Below, one piece after another: positions 22,926 through 33,800 of a stretch of DNA of 39,614 nucleotides; positions within the stretch are counted from its first letter, which is position 1; every line of letters begins with the position of its first letter. Under the pieces are notes generated by a model. The model was not told where the DNA came from, did no database searches, and was given only the letters and a program-made list of their open reading frames with translations. A program made the translations under genes and the position numbers. The DNA is from Octopus bimaculoides (lineage: Eukaryota), in assembly GCF_001194135.2 (NCBI RefSeq), contig NC_068994.1, positions 45,869,250-45,908,863 of the forward strand, written 5' to 3'.

Positions 22926-23070
22926 GGAAGAAGAAGAAGAAGAAGAAGAAGAAGAAGAAGAAGAAGAAGAAGAAGAAGAAGAAGAAGAAGAAGAAGAAGA
23001 AGAAGAAGAAGAAGAAGAAGAAGAAGAAGAAGAAGAAGAAGAAGAAGAAGAAGAAGAAGAAGATAATAAT
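22864..23070. repeat. Compound (TAA)n-(GAA)n microsatellite in intron 1, directly upstream of the proximal acceptor
   Basis: (TAA)n at 22864-22925; (GAA)n at about 22927-23062. Confidence 0.95.
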
Positions 23071-23071
23071 A

Positions 23072-23460
23072 AGTAAGCAAACAATGCTGGATCATAGATA
23101 TAGCATGCCCAACTGACAACAAGGTATGCGATAAGGAAGAAAGAAAAGTCGATAGATATGACAGGTTAGCTTGGGAAGTTAAGCAGTTGTGGTCGATGAA
23201 AAAGGTAGCAGTAGTACCAATAATAGTCGGAGTCCTGGGAACAGTGAGTAAAATCTTGAGAAGTACGTGGAACAAATAGTGGCTGCAGTAAGGGTGGTAC
23301 ACTTGCAGAAAACAGCACTGCTTGGAACCGCTCGAATACTCCAGATGGTGCTCGAAAAATAAGGGGTCTTACCATAGTTCCCTGGTAGGGGACAGCTGGC
23401 ACCGCAGTGCATTTCCAGCGATAGAAGATGGGCAAAGATAATAAATAATAATAATAATCA
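23072..23460 (+). mobile_element. R4/Dong-clade non-LTR retrotransposon, 5'-truncated 3' end (restriction-like endonuclease and 3'UTR) with (TAA)n tail
   Basis: Translates as CWIIDIACPTDNKVCDKEERKVDRYDRLAWEVKQLWSMKKVAVVPIIVGVLGTVS, then after a frameshift LQKTALLGTARILQMVLEK*. This is the PD-(D/E)xK-type RLE C-terminus of R4/Dong. Confidence 0.85.
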
Positions 23461-23464
23461 TTTC

Positions 23465-23590
23465 TATTATAGGCACAAGACCTGAAATTTTGGAGGAGTA
23501 GGTAAGTCGATTACGTTGACCCCAGAGCGTAACTGATACTTATTTTATCAACCCTTAAGAGATGAAAGACAAAGTTGACTCGGAACGTAA
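23465..23590 (-). mobile_element. tRNA-derived SINE (10222 family), partial, abutting the mariner fragment
   Basis: TATAGGCACAAGACCTGAAATTTTGG...GTCGATTACGTTGACCCC...GATGAAAGACAAAGTTGAC. Confidence 0.75.
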
Positions 23591-23932
23591 AGACTTCTGA
23601 ATTTTGCAAACCATCTTCTGCAAGTTCTTTCATTCAAACATTCTTTCCCATAAACTGAGTGTATGTTTCGAGTCGCTTCGGCTGCAGAGTTTCCTTTTTT
23701 GTACTCATAAAGCATTATGTGTCTCAAATGTTCTTTAAACACTTCCGTGTTAGAAAGGGTTTTAATCAAAGAAATTTTAATTCTATTATTCTGTAAAATA
23801 ATATTTAATTAGTTTAAATGTACACAAATGCATAAAAATAATTTTTAATTCCATTAGACATACTAAAATACTACTAAATTTCATTCAATTTTAAAAAAGG
23901 TAAAATCGGACAGAACTTATGGGATATCATTA
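23586..23932 (-). mobile_element. mariner-type transposon 5' fragment (TIR and N-terminal HTH of transposase)
   Basis: KEHLRHIMLYEYKKGNSAAEATRNIHSVYGKECLNERTCRRWFAKFRS is the Mos1/SETMAR-like N-terminal HTH. TIR-like ATCCCATAAGTTCTGTCCGAT sits at the right end next to (TA)n. Confidence 0.85.
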
Positions 23933-23954
23933 TATATATATATTATATATGCAT

Positions 23955-24095
23955 GGTTCAAAGATACAGAAAACAAAAGACAAAGACAAGTGAGAGAACA
24001 ATAAGCATCTAAATCAGTTTGACGCTAGGGAGAAAAGGAAAGGTCTTTGACGTTTCGACCCTGCGCTCTTCAACAGAAAGGGACGAGAGAAAAAA
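23955..24095 (-). repeat. Second copy of the 1500-1655 dispersed repeat
   Basis: Minus strand reads CCTTTCTGTTGAAGAGCGCAGGGTCGAAACGTCAAAGAC...AGCGTCAAACT...CACTTGTCTTTGTCTTTTGTTTT. Confidence 0.7.
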
Positions 24096-24249
24096 ACGCG
24101 TCGGTCTTAATGGTTAGGCAAGCTGGAATGGTGAACAGAAGACAAAAGAGAGAAAATAGCAAATTTATTAACGTAGGAAATGTATAAGTTCGAAAGTTCG
24201 AAAAGTTCAGAGGGTACAAGAAGTCGTGGTAGATTTGTATGATGTTGAT

Positions 24250-24333
<84 letters not shown>

Positions 24334-25701
24334 NNNNNNNNNNNNNNNNNNNNNNNNNNNNNNNNNNNNNNNNNNNNNNNNNNNNNNNNNNNNNNNNNNN
24401 NNNNNNNNNNNNNNNNNNNNNNNNNNNNNNNNNNNNNNNNNNNNNNNNNNNNNNNNNNNNNNNNNNNNNNNNNNNNNNNNNNNNNNNNNNNNNNNNNNNN
24501 NNNNNNNNNNNNNNNNNNNNNNNNNNNNNNNNNNNNNNNNNNNNNNNNNNNNNNNNNNNNNNNNNNNNNNNNNNNNNNNNNNNNNNNNNNNNNNNNNNNN
24601 NNNNNNNNNNNNNNNNNNNNNNNNNNNNNNNNNNNNNNNNNNNNNNNNNNNNNNNNNNNNNNNNNNNNNNNNNNNNNNNNNNNNNNNNNNNNNNNNNNNN
24701 NNNNNNNNNNNNNNNNNNNNNNNNNNNNNNNNNNNNNNNNNNNNNNNNNNNNNNNNNNNNNNNNNNNNNNNNNNNNNNNNNNNNNNNNNNNNNNNNNNNN
24801 NNNNNNNNNNNNNNNNNNNNNNNNNNNNNNNNNNNNNNNNNNNNNNNNNNNNNNNNNNNNNNNNNNNNNNNNNNNNNNNNNNNNNNNNNNNNNNNNNNNN
24901 NNNNNNNNNNNNNNNNNNNNNNNNNNNNNNNNNNNNNNNNNNNNNNNNNNNNNNNNNNNNNNNNNNNNNNNNNNNNNNNNNNNNNNNNNNNNNNNNNNNN
25001 NNNNNNNNNNNNNNNNNNNNNNNNNNNNNNNNNNNNNNNNNNNNNNNNNNNNNNNNNNNNNNNNNNNNNNNNNNNNNNNNNNNNNNNNNNNNNNNNNNNN
25101 NNNNNNNNNNNNNNNNNNNNNNNNNNNNNNNNNNNNNNNNNNNNNNNNNNNNNNNNNNNNNNNNNNNNNNNNNNNNNNNNNNNNNNNNNNNNNNNNNNNN
25201 NNNNNNNNNNNNNNNNNNNNNNNNNNNNNNNNNNNNNNNNNNNNNNNNNNNNNNNNNNNNNNNNNNNNNNNNNNNNNNNNNNNNNNNNNNNNNNNACATA
25301 TATATATATATATATATATACATACATTCATACATTCATACATACATACATACATAAATACATACATACAGACATATTACATATATTATATTATATATTA
25401 CATTCTGCGGATTCGCGATAAGAAATTCGCTCCACCGGCTAATCATTTCCGGGTATATATATTGATATATGTGTGTGTATGTGTGCGTGTGTGCATGTAT
25501 GTGTCTTTCTGTCCCTTTATCTGCCTGACTGTATGTATTATGCATCTAATTCTCTATTTGTGCACGCGTATATATATATATATATATATACATGCGTGTA
25601 TGTGTATAAATATATATATATATGTATGTATGTTTGTATGTATGTATATGTAAGCATATGGACACATCCTAACGCACATACAAACTGGAAATATAACTTA
25701 C

Positions 25702-25783
25702 CGTATCCACCTAAGAAATTGAATGCTTCAGATGTCAGCACAGACGCAGCTAGAAAGCAGAATAGAATGCTTAACGAGTTCAT
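25702..25783 (-). CDS. First coding exon: signal peptide and N-terminal peptide of the secreted precursor
   Basis: ATG at 25783; MNSLSILFCFLAASVLTSEA|FNFLGGY with hydrophobic core and S-E-A cleavage site. Ends TAC G|GTAAGT, a strong phase-1 donor; G+AC gives Asp in frame with both terminal exons. Confidence 0.85.
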
Positions 25784-25820
25784 ACTGAGAGCAGTGTTGA
25801 TTGTATTCGAACCAATGAAC

Positions 25821-25869
25821 GAATGATGGATAATGATGCGATTATGACTGTATTTATAGTAGTTACGCA
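25821..25869 (-). promoter_or_regulatory. Core promoter: TATAAATA (25858-25851), Inr-like TCATTC (25826-25821), bZIP-like TTGCGTAA (25869-25862)
   Basis: TATA box lies about 31-34 nt upstream of an initiator-like element and about 75 nt upstream of the ATG. Confidence 0.6.
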
Positions 25870-26594
25870 ATAGACCGTCCTATTAGATAAAACAATATTA
25901 GCAGGTAATTCCTGCTAGACGAAATATACATATGATAATATATATGTAATATGTACTGAGATTAATGTCGGACAGGTGAGTCAACAAAGCAGATGGTAAT
26001 TTGTTGGTAATGGAGTATAAACAAACTAGTTTATAGATCGGTTGGGAGAAGGGATGAAGAAAACAGACGATCAGTTTGTGGTGGGTGAAGAATGAACAAA
26101 ACAGACGATAAATAGAAAAGCGAACGATGGGGAAGGAGAGACAATGACAAGATAAAGAGTGAAGGAGAGAAAGAGTGAGGTTAAGGGATCACAGGAACTA
26201 AAGTCTTTTGTAAACAGTATCCCATCATATAGTTTAAATTGTAAATAGAAAAAACTATTCACGGACATTTTACATTATACACACTAATTGATACTTTCAA
26301 ATAGTTTCCTTCTGCTTATTTTTGTTTTAACTGCCTATGATTAAGTGTAGAACTTTTACTTCGTAACGTAGTTGAGAATTTCTCACGCTACAGCATTCTT
26401 TTTCGAGTACTACTGTATTCTGAACATGTGGCACTGGTCTAGAATCTTACAGTTATGTTAGAGTTTACTATATAGAACATTGCAAACGTGTACGGCACAT
26501 GAATCATTTGCCTGTGGTGTTACACTGTGTACCATCTCATTTCACAATACCCTTCTAGATACTGCATTGCTAATCCCTTGTATATGTGGCATTG

Positions 26595-26761
26595 TTACAT
26601 TTTGCTAGCTGTGGGAGGTAAATGATCCACGAGTGGCTGCAGTTTTTTGCTGAATGTGTGTCGCAATAACTGAGTCATCTGCAAGTTAGGTGTCGCTGAT
26701 AAGCGCTTTGTAGAGTCTGGTGTTTCGTTTTGACATTGAAAAAATTGTAAAGTCTGTTTTT

Positions 26762-26850
<89 letters not shown>

Positions 26851-26944
26851 GCAATGCAAAGAACATAATGTAGGAAGTCCCAATGAAGGAGCAAGGTTCA
26901 TTGGTCTGAAGAAGACAAGCTCCTTGAAACAGATCCCAGAAGGT
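26595..26944 (-). mobile_element. RTE-clade LINE, inverted 5' segment (RT domain), interrupted by (CT)n
   Basis: Minus strand reads RNTRLYKALISDT*LADDSVIATHIQQ/KLQPLVDHL, a decayed RT5 (F/Y)ADD region of RTE/BovB type. Confidence 0.7.
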
Positions 26945-27720
26945 TCTACATGACATGCGCCCCCATCGATAATTATAAGATGGTGGTTGTCCACCAATTC
27001 ATCTACTTTGGGCTGACCATAAGTAGTAACTGTAGCAACCTCCTCTTGGATATAGAAATCTATAACAGGATTAGGAATTCAACAGCGTTCGTCAGTTTCA
27101 CTAAACGGAAGAATGCAAACAGCAAGCTAAAGGTCATGAAAGACTAAACAGTAGTGTACAACAACATTACTGTTTGACCACAAGCTTCAAAGAGTAAGGT
27201 GTGGACAACCTATATCAGATAGGAAAGAAGGTTTACCTTCTGAGATTATCTGAGATTTTCTCACTGCATAATGAGTATATTTTAGCAAGATAAAATGACC
27301 AACACTATGGCTATGACTCACATTGTCAACTCCAGCATGTACATATTTCTTAGAAGTGCAGGCTACGCTGGCTGGGTCACCTCAGGTGTATGGCGGATGT
27401 CTGCGTGTCCAAAGACTTCCTCCGTGCAAAATAATAACAGGAAGAACATGAAAACACTGGGCATTGGCTCCAAACGTAGAGAGGCTTTTACTGCTGACCG
27501 AGTAAGGTACTTATAACACTTTCCACAAACACCTGTTAATGAGAGAGGGAAAGTGATGGATATTGCAGTAGGTAAAAAACAAAGATCGCAGAAACGGCTG
27601 TTCCTACACAGACTCGGAACTTCACACAAATGTGATCTCTTCGATAATAATTGTCATTCTTACATGGAACGCCACAGCTCTGAGAAACTCCACCTTGAGG
27701 GACAGACTAAGAGGACGTGA
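26945..27720 (+). mobile_element. RTE-clade LINE, 3' segment, decayed
   Basis: IDNYKMVVVHQFIYFGLTISSN and KCRLRWLGHLRCMADVCVSKDFL match the RTE/BovB RT C-terminus (F.YLGS.IS and RRLRWLGH..RM). Confidence 0.85.
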
Positions 27721-28603
27721 TAATCACAGTTAACCTTGATCCACGGGGGGCGTATAGATTACATGATTATCTGCCATAACTTATCTCTCACCGATGGTAT
27801 CGATACAGTTTAAGTAATTTTGTATACGTATTTTATTTCGTTTACAACATGATACAAATGGCATTGCTGGGTTTTAATTTTGTAGTGGGATTATAGTTCA
27901 CTGAATAGGATATTACCACAATCTGGGACATGTAATATCGATATGATCTTGTATGCATATAAAATTTAGAGTTCACTGGATGTTGTATTGTAACATTCCA
28001 GTATATGTGGGTCTGCTAAGAGTTCGAACATGTAGCAATTATGCGTTCCCATATATGTTTTAACTTTAACGACCTGTGTTCGACATCTTGCTACTACATT
28101 TTTACATCAACAGTAGAAGAGAGCACGAGAGGGTAAGAGGATTTGAGAGAAAAAAATAAGCGAACAGAAATGAAAAGAAAAGGACAGAAATATTAAAACG
28201 TGGTGCTTAACAGATATGGCGAGAAGCTGAAGTTAAAGACTATATTAAACAATCCACAATCAAGCATGGCTCGCTTGTAAACAATAATTGTAAACGACAA
28301 ACAATTTTCCATTTAACTTTAACTCATCTCTGTCTATTTTAATCTCATACCAGCCAATGTTTACTCTCCATTAACGTATTTGCCAATGTAAACAGATACA
28401 TATCAACCTTAGATTTCTCACGGGAAGGTTTTAATAACAAAAGATCTTCAACGAATTTTATTGAAGCTTCCAATGGAGACCAGATTTTCTAAACTTGTCA
28501 AAAATTGACTTGAGTAAAAACCTGCGTTATATGTGACCCTGCTCAGAAGGATCAACAAGAAATGTATGTGATGGTGGTGCCTATGAATGCGTGTGTATGT
28601 ATT

Positions 28604-28688
<85 letters not shown>

Positions 28689-28690
<2 letters not shown>

Positions 28691-29035
28691 AGGCGCAATG
28701 GCCCAGTGGTTAGGGCAGCAGACTCGCGGTCGTAGTGTCGCGGTTTCGATTCCCAGACCGGGCGTTGTGAGTGTTTATTGAGCGAAAACGCCTAATGCTC
28801 CACAAGGCCCCAGCGAACCTTGCTATACTATTTCAAGACAACTTTCTCTCACTCTTTCTTCTTGTTTCTATTGTACCTGTATTTCAAAAGGCCAGCCTTT
28901 TCACACTCTGTGTCACGCTGAATCTCCCACGTGTCTGTGGAGTGCTCAGCCACTTGCACGTCAATTTCACGAGCAGGCTGTTCCGTTGATTGGATCAACT
29001 GGAACCCTCGTCGTCGTAACCGACGGTGTGCCGTA
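28689..29035 (+). mobile_element. tRNA-derived SINE, near full length
   Basis: GGAGGCGCAATGGCCCAGTGGTTAGGG (A box), GGTTTCGATTCCC (B box), 3' end GGATCAACTGGAACCCTCGTCGTCGTAACCGACGG. Confidence 0.85.
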
Positions 29036-29036
29036 G

Positions 29037-29069
<33 letters not shown>

Positions 29070-30267
29070 TAGGCATGCATACATCCATATATCAAATACA
29101 TCCATATGTGTGTATGTGAGCAGGCATATACATATGTATATATAGATAGATACACACACAAGCACACTCACATATACATACATGCATACATACATATATA
29201 CGCAGAGAGAGGGGGGGGAAGGAGAGTGAGATGTATGTATGTTTGAATATAAGTGGAAAAGCAAATCAGAAAAATTGTTACGGCTAAAACATTTAAAAAC
29301 ACACTCTACAAATACGTACATACATACATACACAAATGTATATACAGATATNNNNNNNNNNATATATACATGTATAGATAGATGAGTATAACGTATTCAT
29401 ATATATATATATATGCAAGTGTGTGTGTTTATAATTTATTGTAGTATATGTTATATACATTTAATAATAGTGTATTAGTATATCTTGGATAAATTCCTAT
29501 TGTTCTATGTTCTGTCGTCTGAAAAATACTTTAAAAGAGACATTGTCTTACGATGTAGCAAATTATACTCTTTTGAAGAAAGGTTATTGTAGTTTGTATA
29601 TTATAAAATATAAACATATTATATAAACATTTTAAGCGCTTGATGGTAGTATCGTTAGAGACATTATCCTCACCACCACCACCACCACCACCTCCAGCAC
29701 TATCCAAGTTGCTGTAACGCATTAATTACGATTGTTTGCATTGCAGTATTAAATTCGAGCATTAAAGGAAAATAAAAATAAGGGGATCAAATACAATGGT
29801 GGCTTTTAGAATGAAACAGGGCTTGCAATACGTTCCTGGCCGTTTTAACTCGAGCAAATACGACAGGTATGTGTGTGTGTGCGTGTGTGTGCGTGTGTGT
29901 GCATGTGTATATGCATATATGTATGTATGCCATTATTCGGTTTATTCCAAGATTTCCTGCCAATAGAGAAAGAACCGGTTTCCAATCCAGATCCAACATC
30001 AACAACAGAGTATTTTTGTTTGTATGCATGTCATTATTAAGTTTACTTTTGTACCAAACCAGTGTGTGTGTGTGCGTGTGTGTGCGTGTGTGTGNNNNNN
30101 NNNNNNNNNNNNNNNNNNNNNNNNNNNNNNNNNNNNNNNNNNNNNNNNNNNNNNNNNNNNNNNNNNNNNNNNNNNNNNNNNNNNNNNNNNNNNNNNNNNN
30201 NNNNNNNNNNNNNNNNNNNNNNNNNNNNNNNNNNNNNNNNNNNNNNNNNNNNNNNNNNNNNNNNNNN

Positions 30268-30307
<40 letters not shown>

Positions 30308-30485
30308 ATGCGCGCGTGTGTGTGTGTTTGTACGTTATTAAATATTTGACTCGTATGACTCGGATGGAATGTTTCCTTTACAGTTTATCAAACGTTAAGA
30401 AGAATTTCCTGATGTTTGTGGGAATCTTATTTTTCCAGGTTAAGATTTCTAATTTGGACTCTTTTGAAGTAGTGATGTTAACTTG

Positions 30486-30780
30486 GCATAGTGTTTAGCA
30501 ATGCGATACGTTTTACAGCAGAGACGAAGTTCAATTCTCATTGCAGATATTACAATTTTTTTTTCCATCATCTTCTGCATTAGATATATAAAATACCGTA
30601 CCGGGATGGTAACTGTGTTCCTAGCTGATAAGCCGCTTGTATTAGCTTGAGGTTAAGGTTTCGAATTTGGATACCTGAAGTTCTGATATCTCTATTTTTG
30701 TAGTGGTTAGCAGGGGACTACACCTTACTGCAGATACAAGGTTCGACACTCGAAGGCAATGTTACAACTTTTCTTCGTTT
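30486..30780 (+). repeat. Two homologous tRNA-like Pol III modules of about 75 bp (30486-30562 and 30700-30778)
   Basis: TAGTG(T/G)TTAGCA...TTAC.GCAGA.AC.A.GTTC.A..CTC...TTACAA.TTTT in both; A-box- and B-box-like motifs followed by a T run. Confidence 0.5.
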
Positions 30781-30785
30781 CCGAT

Positions 30786-30845
<60 letters not shown>

Positions 30846-31088
30846 CACACACATAGAATAAATAGTGAGGGTTTATCAAACCGGGCAAAATACTTCATAA
30901 GTTCTCTGTTGGTACATCAGGCTAACAACATTACTTAAATTGGGGAAGAACTCCAAGTTATCTTTTTTGTAGGATTCAAAGTTATGGTTCATCACAATTC
31001 TATATTGTTAATCCGTGGATGGGCCTCAGATAGACTGGTTTTTACAGAGTGATATATAATAGACAAGTTAGAATAATGGTCATTACAA

Positions 31089-31359
31089 ATAATTCCTTTA
31101 TTATAGCAAATTTGGTTTACAGATGTTTCCAGTAGTCATTATAGATAGGTTTATTCCATTGGTCTATTGTTCAACTGCGATAAATTGAAAGACCTAAGAA
31201 AATTAATGATACCTCCGACAGCAGCTCTGACGAAGGTATCATCAGTTTTCTTCGGCCTTTCAATTTACCTCAGTTGAACAATAGACCAATGGAGTAAACC
31301 TATCTATAATGATTACTGGAAACAGCTGCAAGCCAAATTTACTATAATAAAGGAATTAT
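31089..31359. repeat. 271-bp near-perfect palindrome (126-bp arms)
   Basis: 31089-31214 pairs with 31234-31359 with 12 mismatches and no indels; pairing continues imperfectly into the 19-nt centre. Confidence 0.92.
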
Positions 31360-31394
31360 GTGTTAAGATCATTATTCCAACTTGTCTATTATAT

Positions 31395-31486
<92 letters not shown>

Positions 31487-32527
31487 NNNNNNNNNNNNNN
31501 NNNNNNNNNNNNNNNNNNNNNNNNNNNNNNNNNNNNNNNNNNNNNNNNNNNNNNNNNNNNNNNNNNNNNNNNNNNNNNNNNNNNNNNNNNNNNNNNNNNN
31601 NNNNNNNNNNNNNNNNNNNNNNNNNNNNNNNNNNNNNNNNNNNNNNNNNNNNNNNNNNNNNNNNNNNNNNNNNNNNNNNNNNNNNNNNNNNNNNNNNNNN
31701 NNNNNNNNNNNNNNNNNNNNNNNNNNNNNNNNNNNNNNNNNNNNNNNNNNNNNNNNNNNNNNNNNNNNNNNNNNNNNNNNNNNNNNNNNNNNNNNNNNNN
31801 NNNNNNNNNNNNNNNNNNNNNNNNNNNNNNNNNNNNNNNNNNNNNNNNNNNNNNNNNNNNNNNNNNNNNNNNNNNNNNNNNNNNNNNNNNNNNNNNNNNN
31901 NNNNNNNNNNNNNNNNNNNNNNNNNNNNNNNNNNNNNNNNNNNNNNNNNNNNNNNNNNNNNNNNNNNNNNNNNNNNNNNNNNNNNNNNNNNNNNNNNNNN
32001 NNNNNNNNNNNNNNNNNNNNNNNNNNNNNNNNNNNNNNNNNNNNNNNNNNNNNNNNNNNNNNNNNNNNNNNNNNNNNNNNNNNNNNNNNNNNNNNNNNNN
32101 NNNNNNNNNNNNNNNNNNNNNNNNNNNNNNNNNNNNNNNNNNNNNNNNNNNNNNNNNNNNNNNNNNNNNNNNNNNNNNNNNNNNNNNNNNNNNNNNNNNN
32201 NNNNNNNNNNNNNNNNNNNNNNNNNNNNNNNNNNNNNNNNNNTACCAATTAGAAAACACTGCTACACGTCAGAAGTAGGTAACAACACCGCCACCCTGCT
32301 ATCCTTTTACCTCATTTCAGAAGAGAATAAATCTTTGTTCAGTCATTCATCTGCTTGAAAGATCTGTCTTAAAACAACTAAATAGATTTGTTTCTTCTTT
32401 AGAGCCAGCAGAGACCAGCAAACATGTATCATGCTTTCACTAATTATTTTAGATGCCTTTGTAGTCGTGAGCCGACATAAACCAACCCTTCTCGACTGAC
32501 CCAACGAAACGTCCAGGATGTGACCAC

Positions 32528-32577
<50 letters not shown>

Positions 32578-32589
32578 GACTGTCAGAGT

Positions 32590-32745
32590 GAGTCGCGGGC
32601 GTACTCAGACGGTACTCATTTTCAGCTGAATAGACTGAAGCTACGTGAAATGAAGTACGTTGATCATGGATGTAACGCATCACTCGATCCAGAACTTGAA
32701 CACCCGATATTATGGTTGTGAGTCGATTATCTTAAGTCACTATGT
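32590..32745 (-). mobile_element. tRNA-derived SINE with CORE-like domain, degenerate
   Basis: Minus strand reads GTGACTTAAG...GTTCAAGTTC...TTTCACGTAGCTTCAGTCTATTCAGCTGAAAATGAGTACC. Confidence 0.6.
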
Positions 32746-32941
32746 CACGTGCCGTCACGAAATGAAGTCCTTTACGTGGAAATAAAAACAGAATGTCAAG
32801 ACAAGAATGTTTTTCATCATGGGATAACTTGATCAGGGCGTAATCACTAGCAATAACGAAAATGCCGATTTGGTTATAGTCCAATACTTGATGAGCTCTC
32901 ATTTTATTGCTGCCCCGAAAATTTTGCTAAAAGTATACATA

Positions 32942-33003
32942 GCACGGTGGTGCTCCAGCATGACCACAGCCACTTGGCTGAAACCCATAAATAAATAAAT
33001 AAA
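32942..33003 (+). mobile_element. 3' end of the 4781-type SINE
   Basis: GGTGGTGCTCCAGCATGACCACAG...GCTGAAAC followed by (AAAT)n. Confidence 0.65.
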
Positions 33004-33559
33004 TACTTCCGAGACCTACTCACAGAAACCCACAAGAACTACAGTCATCCTGATAACTGAAGCTATAACGCTACACTAGTTGTTTTTTTTTTCGGACCAC
33101 GCCAGTTCGCTCGGACCGTACTCGTTACCCTCATTCATCTTTCAACAATTTACCGGGAGAATCACTTCCCTCTCCCGCTTCTCTTTTTTTCAAATTAAAC
33201 ATGGGAAAGTAAATGAGAAATTGGCCAAAGGAAAAGGCGTCTGTAGTTGGCCTTTCCAATCTGGTCCATCACAACCTCATTTTATAAGGCCACCAGTCGG
33301 ATAAGCATCACCTGTCCTTCCAGTCCAAATGAAAATGGTTGGAAGATCATTGTAAAGGACACAGTTGATAGCCAGATCTATCTGGTACCTGACAATATGC
33401 GTTCTACATAAATCCACAAGTTAGCATTGGACGAATGCGTCCAGAAGTTTCGTCTCCCTGCATGTATCTCGGATAGGTCCGGCTGATGGCGCATTCGTGC
33501 TTGTGGAGTTTATATTACATTGTCAATGCCACCCCTCCCCACACACACACCGGTAGCAC

Positions 33560-33800
33560 TGCCAGGTCAGAGATTTCTGGAATTTAGTTACAGTTCCCGG
33601 CCCGAAAAAACTCCTTCAGAATAGACCAGTTAGTTAATTTTCATCTACGTCCAGATTTCGAGAAACTCCACGCTTTTGTTCGCCATTAATACTTTATTGA
33701 ACGCCAATGTGAAACTTCCACCAGCCGCAACGCCCGACTGGTAGTGGGCTGCGATTGTTTAACGACATTCTAGATGCCAAGTATGTCAATAATAATAGAT
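33560..33800 (+). mobile_element. Decayed L1/Tx1-like APE endonuclease fragment
   Basis: With a frameshift, reads TSRNARLVVGCD/FNDILDAKY, resembling the APE motif xLVLxGDFNxxLD. Confidence 0.35.

Noticed and set aside
29531-29722. MRYSNLDSAGGGGGGGG ORF
   Set aside because: The poly-Gly derives from a (CCA)n microsatellite; the remainder is AT-rich non-coding sequence.
29810-29866. Possible plus-strand exon MKQGLQYVPGRFNSSKYD with GTATGT donor
   Set aside because: The continuation after the short (GT)n intron gives no recognisable protein and there is no promoter evidence.
31205-31250. CTGACGA / CTGATGA motifs in the palindrome centre as a hammerhead
   Set aside because: No downstream helix II plus GAAA on either strand.
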